Assembly (NCBI GenBank): GCA_028826165.1
Contig: JAPDFW010000106.1
Coordinates: forward strand, 149,491-213,490
Direction of reading: 5' to 3'
Length of the DNA stretch: 64,000 nt
Source: Anaeramoeba ignava BMAN
Taxonomy: Eukaryota; Protista; Anaeramoebae
A program made the translations under genes and the position numbers. This document shows, piece by piece, positions 24,701 to 35,113 of the stretch. The notes under the pieces are model-generated. The model did not search any database. It was not told the DNA's origin and saw only the letters and a list, made by a program, of their open reading frames with translations. The stretch's first letter is position 1. Each line of letters starts with the position of its first letter.

Positions 24701-25262
24701 CAAGAATATTTGATTCAATCCATTTTTTCATCCCAAAATATTGTTTTATAAATTCAACCATTTGGAAAATTATTTTTGGCTTTTTCACTTTTGGATATTT
24801 TGTAATCAAAATGGATTGAATTTTTTTCAAAATAAAAAGATGTTTTTTTTCAACAAAAAAATCCTATTTAAAAAGAAAAAAAAAAGTTATCAAAAAATAA
24901 AGGGGAATAAATTATAAAAATATTGAAAATACATTTTCAGAAAGACTTGAACTGTTACAAATGATCTTCATCAGTTTTTTTTGTTTTGGATTTTGAAAAA
25001 GGAAATTCTGATCCATAAATTCAAGAATAGAATATAAATCGCATTTCAAATTGCGAAAGTTATCTAGCATATCTTCACTTAATGAACAGAAATCAATTAA
25101 ATCAATTTGGTTTTTTTCATTTGAAATTGTTTTTTTTATTGATTTTTTTGCTTCTTTTTTTTTTTTCTTAAAAGTTTTTTTTGCATTTTTCTTTTTTTCT
25201 TCACTTTCTGCAAGAATTTCTTCAAGAATTTGAATTTCAAAATCTAAATCATTTGTTTCCAT
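21775..25262 (-). CDS. RasGAP-domain protein with QN tract and probable C-terminal PH domain, multi-exon
   Basis: LFRANNLASKLL (arginine-finger region) and FIFLRFLCPAIASP signature; C-terminal helix SEHQLWFNQI; ORF pieces are joinable by GT-AG introns. Confidence 0.82.
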
Positions 25263-25423
25263 TTTTTTTTAAAAAAAATAAATTAAGATAAATTAAGAAA
25301 ATAAAAGCAAAACTTCTTTTTTTTTTTTAAATTAAATTTTTTTTTTAAAAATGATAAAAAAGTGAGAAAAAAAATGAAAAAATGAAAAAATGAAAAAATA
25401 AAAAAAATTTAATTAATTTTTTT

Positions 25424-28400
25424 TTATAATAATGAAGATATTTTGATTGAATGTTTAACGGCATTTGTAAATCCTTCATGAAAATGATAAATAATTTCTG
25501 GTAATTTTTGTTTTTCTTCTTGAATTTCGTTTTCATTTTTTTTGATAAATAAATTTTGATTTTTTTGTTGAATAAATTGATTTGAATTTTGGTTCAAATT
25601 TTTTTTATTATTTGAAAATAAAGATCGAAAATTGGATTGATTTTGAATATTATTTTTTTCATCAGGAAAAACTTGAGATTTTCTTCTAATTTTCTCAAAA
25701 TCAAGTTCGTGAGCAAAAGATTTTCTTAAAGAAAAGGGAATCACAAAAGAATTTGAAAAATTTTTAAATTGAACAATTTTTTCCAAATTTGGATCCATAA
25801 AAATAAAAGATCTGCCAGTTTTTTGTCTTTCAATAAATTTGACTGAATAAGAGATGAAAAGATCAAGAAGTCTTCTCATTTGATTCTGTTCATTTTCTGT
25901 CATTAAAGTGGGGTTTGTGCTTCTAAAATGAGGAGTTAAAATTTGCAAAAAAAACGGTACAAAATCAATAAATGAATTTTTAAAAGAAACAAAAGTGCGA
26001 ATTTGAGGTGGAATTTGAATAAGAAATCCTTTTGAAATTTGGGACATTTTCTTGGTTTTAAATCTTGTTTCGTTTTCTTTTTTTGGAAACACATATTTCT
26101 GTTTCGAAGGCGCATTTCCACAAACGGAACTGATTTTCATTGCTGAAAGTGGAAGATAACGAAGAAATGAAAAATCCTTGAATCTTGCAATTTGATTTGA
26201 TAAAATATCCTGATTCGACATCCATTCTTTGCATTCATATGTTTTCTCCAAAATTGGATCATGAATATTAATAGAAAGTAAATTTTCTGAAAGTCCTTGA
26301 GTAAACAAATCAATTTCCGAATTAGAATTTAAAGAATGATAAATTTTTCTCAAATATTGATTTTTTCCCGATAATTTTGATTTTTCTGTTTTTGTTTGAT
26401 TGTTTGGAATTTTTTGTGGGAAAAACACAAGATCGCATAACTGAAAATAGTTTTGAGTCATATCTTTTGATCCAATAACAGAATTTTTAATCAAAGAATT
26501 CGCTAAATTTTTATTTGAATAGCGAAGAAATTCAAGAGTGAATAAACAACTGCGGATATCATTATCAGAAATCTCGCACAATTGAATCAAACTCTGCAAA
26601 TCAGTCTGAACGCCTTCCAAGAGACAAATTTCCTTTAAACGTTGAGAAAGACGCATTGTTGATGGAGGCATCATTTTGATGATATAAGATAACTCCCGCA
26701 ATTTTCTTATTGAAGGCGAATAAAGATCGTTGCATATGCAAATAACTGGGTTTTTAAGCTTTGGAATTTCCTTTTCCAAAGAATTAACAACTCCTTCAAT
26801 TTCCGTTGAAATATTTGAACCATCAACTTCCTCAATCAATAATAAATTTGGATTATCATTCACACATCCTTTTAAAGTTTTCACAGAATCCAATCTGCTT
26901 CGTATTAATTCGCTTTGTCTTTCTTCACTCGCATTTATTTCTACTACATTATATCCGCATTGCTTTGCGATAATTTGAATTGATGTTGAATTGTGAGTTA
27001 CTGTAAAATTTCCCATTAAAAATCTTCCATTTCCATCCAATTCAAATCCATAAAAATTTGCAGGTTTTATTGTTAAAATTTCCTCAATTTTATTGAGTTT
27101 GAATTTCGTCATTTTTTCCTCCAATTTTCCAATTTTTCCATAAAATTCTTTCATCCGATTTTCAATTACAATTTGATTCCTTGTGTTTTCCATCAAAGAA
27201 AATTTCAATTCTAATATTTTCTTTTTGTTTTGATTCATTTGATTTTGTATTTTGGATTCAATACAAAGACTTTGCAAAATGAATTGGAAATCTTGAAGAA
27301 GTGATTCATTTTGGAATTCAATTTCCAAACCAGAAATTTCAAGAAAACCATGAATTAAAGATAATCTTTTTCTGTAAGAATTGAATTTGAATTGATCTGG
27401 AATTTTGTTGAAGTTTTGATTTGAATCAACAATTTTTTGGATTTGGATTTTGTTTTTGGTTGAATTTTCGATTCCAATTTCTTGAATAATTTGGTTTACA
27501 TTCAATAATGATTTGTTTTCAATAATTTTGGGTTTTTTTTTAGATAAATTATTAAATGCGCCCAAAATTAAACCAAATAAATAAGGATCAGTTGTTGTTT
27601 TTCTTTCTGGGAAATCAACAGAAACTTTGAATCCATAATATTTTTTTTGCTTTTCTTGAGGAAGTTTGAGGAATTTCTTGATTGGAATATCAACAACTTT
27701 GTAGAAAAAATGTGGGTATTTCTTTGCAATCAATTTGGTATAATTTTTTGCTTGATAATAATCATCAATTCCAAAAGTTTTGAGAGTGTTTTTGATATTT
27801 GCTTTATATTTAATAAGAGATAGAATGTGATATTCATTAACATCATAACTTTCTTGATTTTTTGTGATGATTCTGAACATTTTGCCGAATCCTTTTGTTG
27901 TTGAAATTACTGTTCTTTTGGAAGAATCATCACCCATTAAAAAATCACCTTCAATTACATCTTGAACTTTTTTAATATTTCCATCAAACATTAAAACAGG
28001 CTGATTATAAGCCAAACATTTTCCTATTCCTGGTTTACCCGAAATCAATAGAATTTTTGCGTTTTTATTTTTGAATTTGTTGAATTTTGATGATTTTTGG
28101 TCTGTGTTTGTTTCTTTTTTTGGATTTTTCCAATTTTGAATCCATGAAAGAATTTCTCTGTTTGTTCTTTCATCAGATAGAAGTTCCAAGTAATTTTTGG
28201 GTTTATATTTGTCTACCCACATTTGATTTTTTTTAAAATTATTTTTTTTAAGATTATTTTTTTTAAAATTTTGATTTTGATTTTGATTTTGATTTTGATT
28301 GATTTGAGGTTTTAATTCATCAAAATAATTTGATTGGAATTTTGAGAGATCCAAGTTTTTTAATTTGATTTGTTCAAGTGGTGTTTGGTTTATTTCAAAA

Positions 28401-29389
28401 TCTAAAGAGATTAAATTTTTTTGTCCACGAATTTGAATGAATTTTCTTTGATTTTCTTTTTTTTCTTTTTTCTTGATTGTTTTTTTGCGTTTTTGATTTT
28501 CTTGAGTAATTTTATGAGAGTAAGTTTTTTTGGGGAGATCATTTTGATTTTGAATAGAAGATGATTCTTTTCTTTTTTTATATTTTTTGTTTCCGATTTT
28601 ATTCTTCTTATTATTTTTATTTTCTATTTCATTTTCTATTTGAATTTGAATTTGATTTTGATTTTGATTTTGATTTTGATTTTGATTTTGAATTTGATTT
28701 TTATTTTTATTTTGATTTTCATTTTCATTTTTATTTTTATTTTTATTTTGATTTTGATTTTGATTTTCTATTTGAATTTGATTTTGATTTTGATTTTGAT
28801 TTTGATTTTGATTTTGATTTTGATTTTGATTTTTATTTTTATTTTGATTTTGATTTTCATTTTCATTTTGATTTTGATTTTGATTTTTATTTTCATTTTG
28901 ATTTTTATTTTCATTTTCAATTTGATTTTTATTTTGATTTTGATTTTCATTTTCATTTTCATTTTGATTTTGATTTTGATTTTCATTTTGATTTTGATTT
29001 TGATTTTTATTTTGATTTTGATTTTGATTTTGATTTTCAATTTGATTTTTATTTTGATTTTCTATTTCATTTTCTATTTCATTTTCTATTTGATTTTCTA
29101 TTTGTATTTGATTTTGATTTTGATTTTCTATTTGAATTTTATTTTCATTTTGATTTTGATTTTGAATTTGATTTTGAATTTGATTTTTATTTTGATTTTT
29201 ATTTTGATTTTGATTTTGAATTTCTATTTGATTTTCTATTTGATTTTGATTTTGATTTTCATTTTGATTTTGATTTTGAATTTGATTTTGATTTTGATTT
29301 TGATTTTTATTTTCATTTTGATTTTGATTTTGATTTTCATTTTGATTTTCTATTTCATTTTTATTTTGATTTTCTTTATTATCTTCCAT
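25424..29389 (-). CDS. CTF18: Chromosome transmission fidelity protein 18 (RFC-like clamp loader large subunit) precursor containing an intein
   Basis: WVDKYKPKNYLELLSDERTNREILSW, GKPGIGK|ST, EINASEER, PVICICNDLY, NDIRSCL, and the C-terminal YHFHEGFTNAVK typical of Ctf18. Confidence 0.92.
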   Translation of the reverse strand: MEDNKENQNKNEIENQNENQNQNQNENKNQNQNQNQIQNQNQNENQNQNQIENQIEIQNQNQNKNQNKNQIQNQIQNQNQNENKIQIENQNQNQIQIENQIENEIENEIENQNKNQIENQNQNQNQNKNQNQNQNENQNQNQNENENENQNQNKNQIENENKNQNENKNQNQNQNENENQNQNKNKNQNQNQNQNQNQNQNQNQIQIENQNQNQNKNKNKNENENQNKNKNQIQNQNQNQNQNQNQIQIQIENEIENKNNKKNKIGNKKYKKRKESSSIQNQNDLPKKTYSHKITQENQKRKKTIKKKEKKENQRKFIQIRGQKNLISLDFEINQTPLEQIKLKNLDLSKFQSNYFDELKPQINQNQNQNQNQNFKKNNLKKNNFKKNQMWVDKYKPKNYLELLSDERTNREILSWIQNWKNPKKETNTDQKSSKFNKFKNKNAKILLISGKPGIGKCLAYNQPVLMFDGNIKKVQDVIEGDFLMGDDSSKRTVISTTKGFGKMFRIITKNQESYDVNEYHILSLIKYKANIKNTLKTFGIDDYYQAKNYTKLIAKKYPHFFYKVVDIPIKKFLKLPQEKQKKYYGFKVSVDFPERKTTTDPYLFGLILGAFNNLSKKKPKIIENKSLLNVNQIIQEIGIENSTKNKIQIQKIVDSNQNFNKIPDQFKFNSYRKRLSLIHGFLEISGLEIEFQNESLLQDFQFILQSLCIESKIQNQMNQNKKKILELKFSLMENTRNQIVIENRMKEFYGKIGKLEEKMTKFKLNKIEEILTIKPANFYGFELDGNGRFLMGNFTVTHNSTSIQIIAKQCGYNVVEINASEERQSELIRSRLDSVKTLKGCVNDNPNLLLIEEVDGSNISTEIEGVVNSLEKEIPKLKNPVICICNDLYSPSIRKLRELSYIIKMMPPSTMRLSQRLKEICLLEGVQTDLQSLIQLCEISDNDIRSCLFTLEFLRYSNKNLANSLIKNSVIGSKDMTQNYFQLCDLVFFPQKIPNNQTKTEKSKLSGKNQYLRKIYHSLNSNSEIDLFTQGLSENLLSINIHDPILEKTYECKEWMSNQDILSNQIARFKDFSFLRYLPLSAMKISSVCGNAPSKQKYVFPKKENETRFKTKKMSQISKGFLIQIPPQIRTFVSFKNSFIDFVPFFLQILTPHFRSTNPTLMTENEQNQMRRLLDLFISYSVKFIERQKTGRSFIFMDPNLEKIVQFKNFSNSFVIPFSLRKSFAHELDFEKIRRKSQVFPDEKNNIQNQSNFRSLFSNNKKNLNQNSNQFIQQKNQNLFIKKNENEIQEEKQKLPEIIYHFHEGFTNAVKHSIKISSLL
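26990..28018 (-). mobile_element. Intein (343 aa, residues 458-800) in CTF18 Walker A, with degenerate LAGLIDADG region
   Basis: Block A CLAYNQPVLMFDG, block B VNEYHILSL, blocks F/G FYGFELDGNGRFLMGNFTVTHN, +1 Ser. Removal restores GKPGIGKST. Confidence 0.95.
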
Positions 29390-29545
29390 TATTTTAAAGA
29401 ATAAAATTATTAAAAATATAAAAAATTTTTTAACGAAAAGAATAAGAAGAAGAAGAAAAAAATGAAAAAAAAAAATTGAAAAAAAAAATTTTAATTTTTC
29501 ATTTTTTTTCTTCTTTTTATTTTTTATTATTTAAAAAAAAAACAA

Positions 29546-32500
29546 ATGGGAAATTTACAAGGTTCAGTTTATACTTTTGGAATGAATGATCAACAACAAC
29601 TTTGCCTTTCAGAAGATACACCAACAAATCATAAAACACCACATTCAGTGAATTTACCTGATGATATAACACCTAGACAAGTATCTATTCGTTCAAAACA
29701 TGTTGCAATTCTTGGAGGTAAAACAAAATTAATTTTAATTTAGATTTTAATTTTAATTATAATTTTAATTTTAATTTTAATTTTAATTTTAAATTTAAAT
29801 TTAATATTAATTTTAATTTTAATTCTAATTTTAATTATAATTTTAATTTTAATTTTAATTTTAATTTTAATTTTAATTTTAATTTTAATTTTAAATTTAA
29901 TTTTAATTTTAATTTTAATTTTAATATTGAATTATAATTTTAATTTGAATTTTTAATTTTAATTTTAATTCTAATTTTAATTTTAATTTTAATTTTAATT
30001 TTAATTTTAATTTTAATTTTAATTTTAATTTTAATTTTAATTTTAATTTTAATTTTAATTTTAATTATAATTTTAATTTTAAAAACAGAAAAAGAAGGAA
30101 AATATATTCTTTATTCTTGTGGTTTAGGCCATTCAGGTCAACTTGGTCATGGAACTTTACGTTCTTGTACAACTCTTAAAAGAGTTGATGCTTTACTTTC
30201 AAAAAATATTAGACAAATTGCTTGTGGAAAAAGTTTCACGTACTTTTTTTATTCAAATATTTTTTCTTATTTAGATTTTTATTCAAATATTTTTTTGCCA
30301 TTTCAAACTTATTTATAATTTTAATTTTAATTTTAATTTTAATTTTAATTATAATTTTAATTTTAATTTTTTAAATTTTTTAATTTTAATTATAATTTTA
30401 ATTTTGATTTTAATTTTAATTTTAATTTTAATTTTAATTTTAATTTTAATTTTGATTTTAATTTTAATTTTAATTTTAATTTTAATTTTAATTTTAATTT
30501 TAATTTTAATTTTAATTTTAATTTTAATTTTAATTTTAATTTTAATTTTAATTTTAATTTTAATTTTAATTTTAAATTTTAATATTAATTTTAATTTTAA
30601 TTTTAATTTTAAATTTTAATTTTAATTTTATTAATTTTAATTTTATTTATAATATTAATTATAATTTTAATTTTAATTTTTAATTTTAATTTTAATTTTT
30701 AATTTTGATTTTAATTATAATTTTAATTTTGATTTTAATTTTAATTTTAATTTTGAGTTTGATTTTAATTTTAATTTTAATTTTAATTTTGAATTTTAAT
30801 TTTAATTTTAATTTTAATTTTAATTATAATTTTAATTTTGATTTTAAATTTTTAATTTTAATTTTAATTTTAATTTTAATTTTAATTTTAATATTTAATT
30901 TTAATTTTAATTTTAATTTTAATTTTTAATTTTAATTTATAATTTTATTTTTTTAATTTTAATTTTATCTCTTTTTAATTTTATTTATTTTATATCATTG
31001 AAAATTTTTTTGATTTATATTTTTATGTTTTAATATATTTATTTTTTACATTTATATTTATATTTATATTTATGTTTTTCTCAATCTTTAATTTTTATAT
31101 TTAATTTTATATTTTATTTATTTGGATTTTATATTTTAATTATTATTAATTTTATATTTATTTATTATTTATATTTTATTTATATTTATATAATTATATT
31201 TTATTTATATTTATATTTATATATTTATATTTATAATTATGTTTAAATTTATATTTATATTTTAGTTATATTTATATTTATATTTATATTTATATTTATA
31301 TTTATATTTATATTTACATTTATATTTTATTTTTATGTTTATGTTTATATTTATATTTAGAAAAATTATATTTATATTTATATTTATATTTTATGTTTAT
31401 GTTTATGTTTATGGTATTTATTTATGTTTAGGTTTATATTTTATATTTATATTTATATTAATTATATTTATATTTATATTTATATTTATATTTATATTTA
31501 TATTTATATTTATATTTATGTTTATATTTATGTTTATGTTATGTTATATTTATGTTTTATTTTTATGTTTATGTTTATATTTATATTTTATCATTTATAT
31601 TTAAATTTATATTTATTTTATGTTTATTATATTTTATGTTTTATGTTTATATTTATGTTTATGTTTTTATATTTATATTTATATTTATATTTATGTTTAT
31701 ATTTATGTTTATGTTTATATTTATGTTTATGTTTATGTTTATATTTTATGTTTTATTTTTTTTAAATTTATATTTATATTTATGTTTATATTTTATGTTT
31801 ATTTATATTTTATGTTTATTTATGTTTATGTTTATGTTTATATTTATATTTATGTATTTATATTTATATTTATATTTATGTTTATATATGTTTTATATTT
31901 TATGTTTATGTTTATATTTATATTTTATATTTATGTTTCATTTTATATTTATGTTTATATTTATGTTTATTTTATTTATATTTATGTTTTTGTTTATGTT
32001 TATTTTATATTTTATTATGTTTATGTTTATGTTTATTTTTATGTTTATGTTTATGTTTTATATTTTATGTTTATTTTTATATTTATGTTTATATTTATGT
32101 TTATATTTTATTTATTTTATGTTTATGTTTATTTTTATATGTTTATGTTTATGTTTATGTTTATATTTTTTATGTTTATGTTTATTTATGTTTATGTTTA
32201 TGTTTATATTTTATGTTTATGTTTATGTTTATGTTTATGTTTATGTTTATGTTTATGTTTATATTTATGTTTATTTTATTTATATTTATGTTTATATTTT
32301 ATATTTATGTTTATGTTATATTTTTATGTTTATGTTTTATTTATGTTTATTTATGTTTATGTTTATATTTATATTTATTTAAAATTATTTATGTTTATAT
32401 TTTATGTTTATATTTATGTTTATATTTATGTTATATTTATGTTTATGTTTATGTTTATGATTTTATGTTTATGTTTATATTTATGTTTATATTTATATTT

Positions 32501-34611
32501 ATGTTTATGTTTATGTTTATATTTATGTTTATATTTATGTTTATTTATGTTTATGTTTATGTTTATGTTTATTTTTGTTTATATTTATGTTTTATGTTTA
32601 TGTTTATGTTTATATTTTTATTTTATGTTTATGTTTATATTTATGTTTGTTTTTTATATTTTATAAATTTATATTTTATGTTTATATTTATATTTTTTAT
32701 GTTTATGTTTATGTTTATTTTAATTTATTATTTTATATTTATATTTATGTTTATGTTTATATTTATGTTTATGTTTATTTATATTTTATATTTTTTTATG
32801 TTTATGTTTATATTTATATTTATATTTATATTTATATTTATATTTATATTTATATTTATATTTATATTTATATTTATATTTATATTTATATTTATATTTA
32901 TATTTATATTTATATTTATATTTATATTTATATTTATATTTATATTTATATTTATATTTATATTTATATTTATATTTAAATTTATATTTATATTTATATT
33001 TATATTTATATTTATGTTATATTTATTTATATTTATATTTATATTTATATTTATATTTATATTTATATTTATATTTATATTTATATTTATATTTATATTT
33101 ATATTTATATTTATATTTTAAATATTTAATTTATATTTTAAATATTTATATTTAATTTATATTTGAAATTAAAAACAAAAAAGTAACCGGAGATGTTTAC
33201 ACATGGGGAGGAGGATTATTAAAAATCCTTGGGCACGAACAAAACCCGAAGCGACCAATCCCACATATCATTGAAGAATTCGAAGGAACAAACATCATTC
33301 AAGTATGTTGCGGAGCACAATACACAGTCGCAGTGACATGTAAGTACCAACAAAGAACATAAAAAGGAATAGAGAAGAATAACCGGAATAAATTAACAAA
33401 CAAAAAAAGCGGAAGGGAAAGTTTATTCATGGGGAATAGGAAACGAAGGACAATTAGGACATGGAAATTTTCAAAACCAAGAAAAACCAAAATTGATTGA
33501 AGGACTTGGAGGAGAGAAGATAAGATACGCAGCGTGCGGGGAAACCCACACAGCACTTGTTGGCGTATCTGGTTCTGTTTACACTTTTGGCAACGGACAA
33601 TATGGACAGCTAGGAAACGGAAAAAAAGAACCATCAATGACCCCTTTTAAAATTGATCAATCCCATTTTAAAAACGAACCAGTGTACTCTATATCCTGCG
33701 GCACAGACCACACCATCGCCGTAACAAGATCCGGGCGTGTGTTTGTCTGGGGCTCAAATGAGTTTGGTCAACTTGGAATTGCTAAAATTAAGTCAACTTA
33801 CAATCCCACTGAACTTGTTATGAAAAATATTACTATTAGACAGGTCGCTTGTGGAGACAAGTCTTCCTTTCTTGTCTCAAGCGATCCTATTTTTGATAGC
33901 TTTTCAATCTCCAAAATTCAGCGCCCTTCTACTTTCCGTTATGTCGATCCTGATATTCAAAACCAAAAAAATTTACAAGTTAAACCTGCTTATTCTTCAA
34001 ATAAAATGCAATATTTTTATTCAAATATTTCTTTCGATTCTTTGCCTTCTCAATCTCAAAGTAATGAAAATTTGAATGTTGAACAACCTCAGAAAGAAGA
34101 GAAGAAAGAAGATAATCAACTTGATATTAATGCAGGTCCACCTGATGGTAATTCATTTATAAAATTCAATATAAAATTTAATATAAAATTCATTTATAAA
34201 ATTCAATACAAAATTCAATATAAAATTCAATATAAAATTAAATATAAAATTAAAATTAATATTAAAATTAAAATTAAAATTAAAATTAAAATTAAAATTA
34301 AAATTAAAATTAAAATAAAATTTAATATTAAAATTCAATATAAAATTCAAAATAAAATTAAAATTAAAATTAAAATTTAAAATTATAATCTGTTATTTTT
34401 AGAATTTCTTTGTGCAATTACTTTTGAAATTATGAAAGATCCTGTTTTTTGTTCTGATGGTTTTACTTATGAAAGATTTGCTATTGAATCTTGGCTTTCA
34501 GAAAATTCAACAAGTCCAATGACAGGACAAGAATTAGCTTCAAAAGAACTTATTCCAAATCATTCATTAAGAGAACAAATTAGAGCATCACCTTGGGGAG
34601 TAAATTTTTAA
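29546..34611 (+). CDS. RCC1-repeat + U-box protein; exons 29546-29717, 30089-30239, (missing piece?), 33184-33339, 33410-34147, 34403-34611
   Basis: RCC1 repeats [46 protein letters not shown]. The last exon encodes U-box [32 protein letters not shown]...SPMTG...[11 protein letters not shown]. Confidence 0.85.
30310..33160. repeat. Compound intronic microsatellite (TTTTAA)n then (TTTATA/TTTATG)n
   Basis: Direct reading; source of the IL/FM/YV/LC ORFs. Confidence 0.9.
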
Positions 34612-35113
34612 AATTCAAAAATTCAAAAATTAAAAAATTCAAAAATTCAAAATGGAAATTCTTTAAAAAAAAAATCTCAAACAAGAAAAGAAAACTTAAT
34701 TTGGATTTTTTTATCTTTTTTTTATCTTTTTTTTTTTTGAAATTCAAGTTAATGATTATTTATAATTCCAAAGAAAATAAATTAAGGAATTATCTTTTTC
34801 AATTTAAATTGTTTTTTTTTTTAAAAAGAAAAGAAAAGAAAAGAAAAGAAAAGAAATCTAAAAAAAATCTTTTACAGTTTATTGAAATTGTTATAAAAAT
34901 CAATTCCAATAAACTTTTTCTTTCTTTTTGTTTTTTTTAAAGAAATTTTAATTTTAAATTTTAATTTTTAAATTTTAAATTTTAATTTTAAATAATTGTA
35001 AGATTGAAAAATTATTTATTTATCGCATTAAAATTGAGATAGATTTAAATTTAAATTTAAATTTTAGATTAAATTTTAGATTAATTAAGAAGAAATTTGT
35101 TTTGATATTTTTT

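Noticed and set aside
28561-29404. FDFDF / ILILI antisense ORFs (also at 7680-8640, 19673, 22110-22688, 50614-51434, 59318)
   Set aside because: Shadow frames of (CAAAAT)n-type coding repeats on the other strand.
31335-33121. Long hydrophobic ORFs ([15 protein letters not shown])
   Set aside because: Translations of stop-free TTTATR microsatellite inside an intron.
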